Shown here piece by piece: positions 16,804 to 23,508 of a stretch of 64,000 bases of DNA. Under the pieces are notes generated by a model, which worked only from the letters and a program-made list of their open reading frames with translations, ran no database searches and was not told the origin of the DNA. How positions within the stretch are numbered: the first letter of the stretch is position 1; every line of letters starts with the position of its first letter. Made by a program: the position numbers and the translations under genes. The stretch lies in the sequence record OR083247.1, one strand, 5' to 3'. Origin of the DNA: Escherichia phage Bf23.

Positions 16804-17556
16804 TTACACCTTCCCCATGTCTTTAAAAATATCATAGAATGCTTTAGACTCAACAGAACGAACGTTATCAATCAATTCGATCATTGAGAAGGGGGCATTT
16901 TCGTATTTCTCATAGACTTCCATAAGTAGTGCTAGACCTGAGTCACCTTTAATGTCTTTCTGAGCTATATCTCCGCAGATAATTAAACGGCAGTCTTGCC
17001 CTACACGAGTTAGGAGACAAATCATTGCCTCAACGGAAATATTCTGAGCTTCATCGACAATTACATAGGAGTTGTTGAAAGTTCTGCCACGAGCATGTTC
17101 GACAGCCAAAAATTTAATTTTCTGACGTTCGACATATCCTTTATATGCATGATCGCCGATGGCCCATTTCATACCATCAGCTATTGGCTCTAACCAAGGC
17201 TCTAGCTTTTCCGCTAGATCACCAGGAAGCATACCAAGAGACTTACCTAGAGGTTCATTAGGACGTACGAGGATCACTTGCTCAATATCTGAGTGAATGT
17301 CTACGAGTTCCTGAGCTGCAAGAACAGACGGGATAAAGGTTTTACCAGTACCTGGCTCACCAATACCCACAGTCACTGTGTTGTTCTTGATCATATTGAT
17401 ATATGATTTTTGCTCGCGGTTTTTACCTACTAGGGATTTAGCAACTGGGTTAGCGTAATCATTAGAAAAATCAGCCTGAATTACGTTATTCTCATATTTG
17501 TTGCCACGCTTTCTTGAACCATTGCGGTTCTCTCTTTTTTGACGTGCTTTTCCCAT
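16804..17556 (-). CDS. phoH: PhoH-like ATPase
   Basis: Walker A GEPGTGKT and PhoH-like core; start at MGKARQ with an AGGAG RBS 8 nt upstream. Confidence 0.85.
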   Translation of the reverse strand: MGKARQKRENRNGSRKRGNKYENNVIQADFSNDYANPVAKSLVGKNREQKSYINMIKNNTVTVGIGEPGTGKTFIPSVLAAQELVDIHSDIEQVILVRPNEPLGKSLGMLPGDLAEKLEPWLEPIADGMKWAIGDHAYKGYVERQKIKFLAVEHARGRTFNNSYVIVDEAQNISVEAMICLLTRVGQDCRLIICGDIAQKDIKGDSGLALLMEVYEKYENAPFSMIELIDNVRSVESKAFYDIFKDMGKV

Positions 17557-17629
17557 AAATAACACTCCTATAGTGTACTTCGCTAACAGAGGATCAACAA
17601 AAAGATCTTGTTTATCAACTTACAAATAT

Positions 17630-17658
17630 ATTATACCAATATATACAGTAAAAAGCAA
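17630..17658 (-). promoter_or_regulatory. early promoter (-35 TTGCTT, 17-nt spacer, -10 TATAAT) upstream of phoH
   Basis: Consensus hexamers in the divergent phoH/nrdD intergenic region. Confidence 0.6.
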
Positions 17659-17809
17659 CTACAATTTTAAATAAGCCTATGATATTGCATTTAAATAAAA
17701 AATTTGCTTGCTTTTAACGTGAGATGTGTGATACTAGATAATCATTTTATATCGCGTGCACGAGTGCGTGATTATACAATTTTTAATAGAGATTGGCAAA
17801 TAAAATTTT

Positions 17810-17823
17810 TTGACTCAGATCAT
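17810..17823 (+). promoter_or_regulatory. FNR-box-like palindrome TTGAC-N4-ATCAT upstream of nrdD
   Basis: Matches TTGAT-N4-ATCAA at 8 of 10 positions. Confidence 0.3.
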
Positions 17824-17850
17824 GTTACAGAACTTTATAGTAAAATATTG

Positions 17851-17879
17851 TTGACATCCGCCCTCGAATGAGTTATAAT
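17851..17879 (+). promoter_or_regulatory. nrdD promoter (-35 TTGACA, 17-nt spacer, -10 TATAAT)
   Basis: Perfect consensus hexamers followed by RBS GAAGGAGAG and the ATG at 17909. Confidence 0.65.
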
Positions 17880-17908
17880 AGTAGTCTTAGTTAGAGAAGG
17901 AGAGTATA

Positions 17909-19783
17909 ATGAATCGTAATGAAGAACTAAAGTATAAAGAAATGCAGGCGTTAATTAGAAACTGCAAAGAGATTATCGAAGGATCAGCAGATGAAGAGCT
18001 GCTGTTTAATAATGCCAATAAACCCTCAGAACGTTTCCCTACACAAAGGGATATGCTTGCAGGGGAATTGAGTAAATATCTGATTCTAGAAGAAATGCCA
18101 ATTCAGATTCGAAATGCTCATATGATTGGAGATATTCATTTCCATGATGCTGATTACGCTGCTTTAGGTATGACTAACTGTTGTCTAGTAGCTCTGGAAG
18201 ATATGCTAAAAAATGGTATGAAAGTTGGTAATGCTGAAATTAGTACACCAAATTCTATTACTACTGCGGCTGCTATTACAGCTCAGATTATCACACAGGT
18301 TAGCTCCCATCAGTATGGCGGTACTTCTGTAGACCGATTAGATGAAGTATTGGCTCCTTATGTTCGTAAGTCTTATGATAAGAATCATGCGTTTGCAAAA
18401 CGTTGGACTAAGGATGAAGCCAAAGCATCAGTAATGGCTACTGAGATGACTGAAAAAGAAGTCTATGATGCTTGTCAGGGTCTAGAGTATGAAATCAATA
18501 CGATGTTCAATTCTAATGGTCAGAGTCCATTTATTACCTTTGGTTTTGGTCTAGGAACTTCTTGGGAAGCACGTCTAGTACAGAAAGCAATACTGAAAGT
18601 ACGTATGGATGGCCTAGGCATCAATAAACGTACAGCTATCTTTCCGAAACTGGTGTTTGTTCTGCGTGATGGCGTAAATATGAAGCCAGGAGATGTTAAT
18701 TATGACATCAAGAAGTTAGCTATGAAATGTACTGCTGAACGTATGTATCCCGACTATATCAGCTACGATAAGGTTGTGGAAGTTACTGGTGACTATAAAG
18801 TTTCTATGGGCTGCCGTTCATTCCTGGCTGCTACAGAGGATGGTGAAACTGCCGGTCGTAATAACTTAGGTGTTGTTTCTGTAAACTTGCCTAGAATTGC
18901 TATCGAAGCTGAAGGGAATATTGATCTATTCTTTGATTTGCTTGAGCTACGTGTGGATACAGCGTTAAAAGCATTGGAGTGGAGAGTTGATCGCTTAAAA
19001 TACATTCAAGCTAAAGCTGCGCCTATCCTCTATATGTCAGGAGCCTTTGGATTACGCTTAGGGCCTGATGAATATGTATTCGATCATTTCTATAACCGTG
19101 CTTCTGTATCTCTGGGGTATATTGGTTGCCATGAAATGCTACAGTTCATGTTTGGCAAAGATGTAGATACAATGTCTGAGACCTGCATCAAGTTTGTTCA
19201 GCGTGTGCTGCAGTACATGCGGGATAGGGTCGATCAGAAGAAGGAAGAGACTAAGTTAGGTTATAGCCTGTATGCTACACCATCAGAGTCCCTATGTGAT
19301 CGCTTTTGTCGTCTAGACCGTGAATATTTCCCGGAGCATGAAGATATTCTGTCCAAAGGATACTACACTAACTCTCACCACCTTGATGTGGAACGTAAAG
19401 TTGCTCCTAACGTGAAATTTGATTATGAATCTAACTTTACTCCGATTGCTTCTGGTGGATGTATCTCTTATGTAGAACTACCAGATATGAAACGATTCCC
19501 GGATGCACTGGAATGGGTTATTAATTATGCTGCTAGTAAGGTTCATTACTTCGGTATTAATACTCCAGTGGATTCCTGTGGTAAATGTGGATTCTTAGGT
19601 GAAACAGTAGCATCCGAAGATGGATTCAAGTGCCCTATCTGTGGTAATCATGACCCTGAAACTCTTGAAGTAACTCGTCGAGTTTGTGGGTATCTTGGAA
19701 ATCCAGGTGCTCGTCCGTTTAACCCAGGAAAACAACATGAGGTTATGGGCAGGGTGAAACATCAGGATATTCGAGCTAAATAA
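17909..19783 (+). CDS. nrdD: anaerobic ribonucleoside-triphosphate reductase (class III)
   Basis: C-terminal glycyl-radical motif RVCGYLG and zinc ribbon CGKCGF..CPICG. Confidence 0.9.
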   Translation: MNRNEELKYKEMQALIRNCKEIIEGSADEELLFNNANKPSERFPTQRDMLAGELSKYLILEEMPIQIRNAHMIGDIHFHDADYAALGMTNCCLVALEDMLKNGMKVGNAEISTPNSITTAAAITAQIITQVSSHQYGGTSVDRLDEVLAPYVRKSYDKNHAFAKRWTKDEAKASVMATEMTEKEVYDACQGLEYEINTMFNSNGQSPFITFGFGLGTSWEARLVQKAILKVRMDGLGINKRTAIFPKLVFVLRDGVNMKPGDVNYDIKKLAMKCTAERMYPDYISYDKVVEVTGDYKVSMGCRSFLAATEDGETAGRNNLGVVSVNLPRIAIEAEGNIDLFFDLLELRVDTALKALEWRVDRLKYIQAKAAPILYMSGAFGLRLGPDEYVFDHFYNRASVSLGYIGCHEMLQFMFGKDVDTMSETCIKFVQRVLQYMRDRVDQKKEETKLGYSLYATPSESLCDRFCRLDREYFPEHEDILSKGYYTNSHHLDVERKVAPNVKFDYESNFTPIASGGCISYVELPDMKRFPDALEWVINYAASKVHYFGINTPVDSCGKCGFLGETVASEDGFKCPICGNHDPETLEVTRRVCGYLGNPGARPFNPGKQHEVMGRVKHQDIRAK

Positions 19784-19792
19784 GCTAAACAG

Positions 19793-19825
19793 CCAGGTTG
19801 CTAGTCGACCTGGCTTTTATTTTAT
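19793..19825 (+). terminator. rho-independent terminator after nrdD
   Basis: Hairpin CCAGGT..ACCTGG followed by a T-rich tract. Confidence 0.7.
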
Positions 19826-19854
19826 TTGCTTTCAGCTAAAAATATATGTATAAT
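19826..19854 (+). promoter_or_regulatory. T5-type early promoter (-35 TTGCTT, 17-nt spacer, -10 TATAAT, downstream ATAAATTTGAGAGG box)
   Basis: Near-identical architecture to the PN25-like promoter at 26525. Confidence 0.7.
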
Positions 19855-19882
19855 AGATTTATAAATTTGAGAGGAGAAAGAT

Positions 19883-20164
19883 ATGAGCGAATTGCTTCCG
19901 AAAGTAGATATTTCTCATCTTGGAGAGCCTAGTGAAGAACGTAAGGCTCTTGATTGGCTAGGTTACTTTGATTATCGTCGTGTTGTTGCAACATGGAATG
20001 ATAAGAAAGTTAAGAAGTTTCGGGTACATTATGTAGGTAAAGACAAGTGGCTCTGGATTGATTATGAAGAATCGAAGGGGTCTACTAAGGCTGTGAAAAT
20101 TTATTGTATGTATGGGTATTATTATGCTCACTGTGATAAGAATGAATTTACAGTACAGAACTAA
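19883..20164 (+). CDS. hypothetical protein (93 aa)
   Basis: ORF with RBS GAGGAGAAAG directly after the promoter. Confidence 0.5.
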   Translation: MSELLPKVDISHLGEPSEERKALDWLGYFDYRRVVATWNDKKVKKFRVHYVGKDKWLWIDYEESKGSTKAVKIYCMYGYYYAHCDKNEFTVQN

Positions 20165-20173
20165 GGAACAAGA

Positions 20174-20377
20174 ATGAAAAACGTAAAACATCTTAAATAT
20201 CGCTTAATCTATAATGGACGTATGGAAACTGAAGAGCTAGCTCAATTAGCTATTAACTCTAATGAGGTTATGGTGCGTGCGCTAGCAATTGAAAAGTTGC
20301 GGGCTTCTTATGAAAGTCGTATTATGGAACTAGAGGAGAAACTTTATGGCATTCTCGAAGCCGATGCTACCCGATAA
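20174..20377 (+). CDS. hypothetical protein (67 aa)
   Basis: ORF track. Confidence 0.4.
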   Translation: MKNVKHLKYRLIYNGRMETEELAQLAINSNEVMVRALAIEKLRASYESRIMELEEKLYGILEADATR

Positions 20378-20567
20378 TGGCTTAAATGCTGCGCTGGAAA
20401 ATGCATTGATGCAGCAGTGGGAGGCTGGATATAAGGATGGGGTTGAATCTTGTGCGAAAATAATGGATATAATGGCTAATTCTGTAGTTGGGAAAGCCCA
20501 TCCAGAAGTATCTGATATACTCCATAACCTTAGTAAAAACTTCAGAGAGCAGGTGAAAAATGCGTAG
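20346..20567 (+). CDS. hypothetical protein (73 aa)
   Basis: ORF track; overlaps the previous ORF in another frame. Confidence 0.4.
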   Translation: MAFSKPMLPDNGLNAALENALMQQWEAGYKDGVESCAKIMDIMANSVVGKAHPEVSDILHNLSKNFREQVKNA

Positions 20568-21396
20568 ATTAATTATTATTAGTGGTGCAGGTTTGAGTGT
20601 TGAAAGTGGTGTACGAGCCTTCCGTACTGATACTGCTAGTGGTAAAGCATTGTGGGATGATTATGACTTAGAAGAGGTATGTAATATTCATGCCTTTCGT
20701 GGTAATTTTTATCATAAAACCCACACGTTTTACAACAAACGTCGTGAAGAGTTAGAAACTGTTGAACCCAATCTTGCACACCTGCGTATTGGTGAATGGT
20801 ATAAGAAATATCCGGGTCAAGTAGTAAACTTAACTACCAACGTTGATGACCTTATTGAGCGTGCTGGCGTTCCACATAGTGACATTCTGCACATTCATGG
20901 GTATTTAAAAGAGATTGTTGTAGCTGATAGCTACAATAGTAGCAATAAACGAGTTATTGATGTTGGGTATAACTCTATTGACCCAGATGATTATAAATGG
21001 GTTAAACCTAATGTAGTCTTCTTCGGAGAACATGCTCCAGCATATGCAGAAATGTACAATGTTTTTGATGGTATTACCAGTCAAGATATGATCATTGTGG
21101 TTGGTTGCTCTAACCAAGTAATTAACTTCTACTGGGAATTATTCCCTGTTCTTAATCTGACTGCTGCAAAACTTATGGTAGTTAACTACTACGATAGTGC
21201 CTTAGCGGCGGAACCAGGCTATCAAGGTATGACTCGTAGTGATATGTACCAACTGGAAGATCGTGGTATTCCTTACTGGAGTAAAGGTGCGGTAGATGCT
21301 TTCAGTGACCCTGGTTTTATTGCTCGTGTGGAAGCTCATCTAGAGGGTAGGCCTTATGTGCCGGAGAGAAGGGGAAACAGATATGTCCATAGTTAA
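20560..21396 (+). CDS. Sir2-like (sirtuin-family) NAD-binding protein (278 aa)
   Basis: N-terminal GAGLSVESGVRAFR matches the sirtuin NAD-binding signature GAGIS.ESGI..FR. Confidence 0.65.
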   Translation: MRRLIIISGAGLSVESGVRAFRTDTASGKALWDDYDLEEVCNIHAFRGNFYHKTHTFYNKRREELETVEPNLAHLRIGEWYKKYPGQVVNLTTNVDDLIERAGVPHSDILHIHGYLKEIVVADSYNSSNKRVIDVGYNSIDPDDYKWVKPNVVFFGEHAPAYAEMYNVFDGITSQDMIIVVGCSNQVINFYWELFPVLNLTAAKLMVVNYYDSALAAEPGYQGMTRSDMYQLEDRGIPYWSKGAVDAFSDPGFIARVEAHLEGRPYVPERRGNRYVHS

Positions 21397-21565
21397 ATCT
21401 GTATATACACATCCCGATGATATATTTGTATGGGCGGATGGTAGTTGGTGCTATCGATGTGAGCTATGGGAAATGGACTATAAATCCGATGACTATGGTG
21501 TCATATATGTTGATACAGTTGAGTATGATACGTTCTTAGAAAGGGACAAAAATGAAAATAAGTAA
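21356..21565 (+). CDS. hypothetical protein (69 aa)
   Basis: ORF track. Confidence 0.35.
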   Translation: MCRREGETDMSIVKSVYTHPDDIFVWADGSWCYRCELWEMDYKSDDYGVIYVDTVEYDTFLERDKNENK

Positions 21566-22058
21566 TACTCCAATTATTTTTCTAGATATTGATGGGGTGC
21601 TCAACTCGAGCATCTCCCATCACCATGCACCTGATGATGAAAAGATTTTCTTTGGAAGTGACTGGGTCTTTAAACCGCTTCTCAAGGCTTTTCAGGACTT
21701 TATTCGTCCTTCTCCAATAATGATTGTTGGGGTATCTTCATGGTTCTCTGTTAGGAATGAGGTGGAGAACGTTCAGATTATGACCGGATTAGATCTTATC
21801 GATCGTTTTCTTGGTACAACGGATTTTACTGGTGGTGGATTATCTAGAGGTAATTCTGTTCTTCGCTTCGTTGAAAAGCATAAGCTCAAACATTGGTGTG
21901 TGCTGGATGACGCTGGTGCTATGATGTACCAGTATCCAACGGTTATAGTCAACGGTAGAACTGGAATAAATCTTCAAGATTTAAGAGCTGTTAGCTATAT
22001 GCTAGAATTTAGCCCAGATCTTGAAATGTGTAAATCCTTACAACAATTTAAGGTGTAA
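21552..22058 (+). CDS. HAD-superfamily hydrolase-like protein (168 aa)
   Basis: HAD motif I IIFLDIDGVLNS and a later VLDDAG aspartate pair. Confidence 0.5.
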   Translation: MKISNTPIIFLDIDGVLNSSISHHHAPDDEKIFFGSDWVFKPLLKAFQDFIRPSPIMIVGVSSWFSVRNEVENVQIMTGLDLIDRFLGTTDFTGGGLSRGNSVLRFVEKHKLKHWCVLDDAGAMMYQYPTVIVNGRTGINLQDLRAVSYMLEFSPDLEMCKSLQQFKV

Positions 22059-22060
22059 AT

Positions 22061-22489
22061 ATGTTCAATAATGTATTCTCTAAAGAAGCTAACCCAATTT
22101 TGGTTAATTTTTGGCGTACTCTTCCAGCCAACCTGTACAATGAGGCTATTAATGCTCTGAAAATATGGTGTGAGAATAATGAAATCTCCTTTGCTTTTAA
22201 GGGTGAGATTGAAGAAGCTCCCTGTATTGGTTTAATTGTGCAGGTAGAGGATGGTTTGGAAGAGATTGTCGGCTGGAAAGAGTTGGATGAAATGGGGTTG
22301 GTTTTTGCATTAAACTATAAGCTATTTATGCCCAATAAACACCGTATTGTTGTTAACTATAAAACCAGTGAATCTCCGGGCTTTCAAGTTAATGAACATT
22401 ACGGTTGGTCTTACTCACCGGAAGAAGTAAATGATGGTATCCAAAAACTTCGTCGTTTTGGTTATCAAATTCCGGGTTTAACCGCCTAA
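22061..22489 (+). CDS. hypothetical protein, paralogue A of a tandem pair (142 aa)
   Basis: Shares PCIGL, ELDEMGLVFALNYKLFMP and C-terminal YQIPGL with the next ORF. Confidence 0.5.
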   Translation: MFNNVFSKEANPILVNFWRTLPANLYNEAINALKIWCENNEISFAFKGEIEEAPCIGLIVQVEDGLEEIVGWKELDEMGLVFALNYKLFMPNKHRIVVNYKTSESPGFQVNEHYGWSYSPEEVNDGIQKLRRFGYQIPGLTA

Positions 22490-22498
22490 GGGGGCACA

Positions 22499-22891
22499 AT
22501 GGAACAAGTATATTGGCGTCAGATTGATCCTAGTTTGGTGAAGCGTGCGGAGAAGCTGCTACAACGTTGGTTGGGGGTAAGACAAGCCTCCTTCACTTTT
22601 CCGGAGCAGCAAATAGACGATCCCTGTATTGGTGTTTTCCTATCAGGCTACGCTAGGGAATGGGAATTGGATTGGAATGAGTTGTCTGCTATGGGTTTAA
22701 TTGTTGCACTAAATTTCTCTTTGTTCCATCCACGTGGTTTGGCCCTATGTCGTGTGCCTGATGACGGTTGTTCGCCCCATCTTTTACAGGTGGAAGATGA
22801 TATTTGGGAGTACACTCCAGATATTCTCAAAGAAGCTAAAGAACAGTTAAACCATGTTGGGATCTATGTTCCAGGCTTGAATGATGAATGA
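22499..22891 (+). CDS. hypothetical protein, paralogue B of a tandem pair (130 aa)
   Basis: PCIGV, ELSAMGLIVALNFSLFHP and C-terminal IYVPGL mirror the previous ORF. Confidence 0.5.
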   Translation: MEQVYWRQIDPSLVKRAEKLLQRWLGVRQASFTFPEQQIDDPCIGVFLSGYAREWELDWNELSAMGLIVALNFSLFHPRGLALCRVPDDGCSPHLLQVEDDIWEYTPDILKEAKEQLNHVGIYVPGLNDE

Positions 22892-22982
22892 TTTTTATTA
22901 GCTGAACTCTGATTACCGAGTCATTTTGGCTCGGTTTTCTCTGTGCTTAAAGACACTGATAGCACCTTTGGGAAAAATTTAC

Positions 22983-23011
22983 TTGCATGATGCCCAAAAT
23001 CTTGATATAAT
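22983..23011 (+). promoter_or_regulatory. T5-type promoter (-35 TTGCAT, 17-nt spacer, -10 TATAAT) with no ORF directly downstream
   Basis: Hexamers plus downstream ATTTATATTGAATTGAGAG box; next CDS begins at 23509. Confidence 0.6.
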
Positions 23012-23508
23012 ATTTATATTGAATTGAGAGACATTAGTAAAAATTGATTTTGCTAATTTTTCTTGTTTACAATCCGCGATACGGAACAGTTAGGCTGCCC
23101 CATTAAGGGTTGTTTTAACTATTACTAGTGTTTATATTGCATTAGTTAATCTTCAATTAAGTGATCTGTGTACCCTGAATTCGGAAAGGTAAATCCAAAC
23201 CGTGCATATTTAGCTCGTTATATAGGCAGAGTTTTATATGGGGGTGCGAACGAAAAGAGCAGCGAATGGCGGCACGTACAGTAGTCACCTACCAATAGGA
23301 TAGTGAGGACAAATAGAATCGGCTTAGCGGCCAATGACCTAGGTTCTATTCTGTATATGAGCGAAGAGAGCACAGCACTGAGATATGATAACTTATTCAT
23401 ATTGTTTGATGATAATTGATGTTTACGTAAATAGTAGTAATAGTTGTTCTATTCTTTCTGAATAGTCCTAAAGAAAAGATTTCGATTAACCAACATAGGA
23501 GTATTGTT

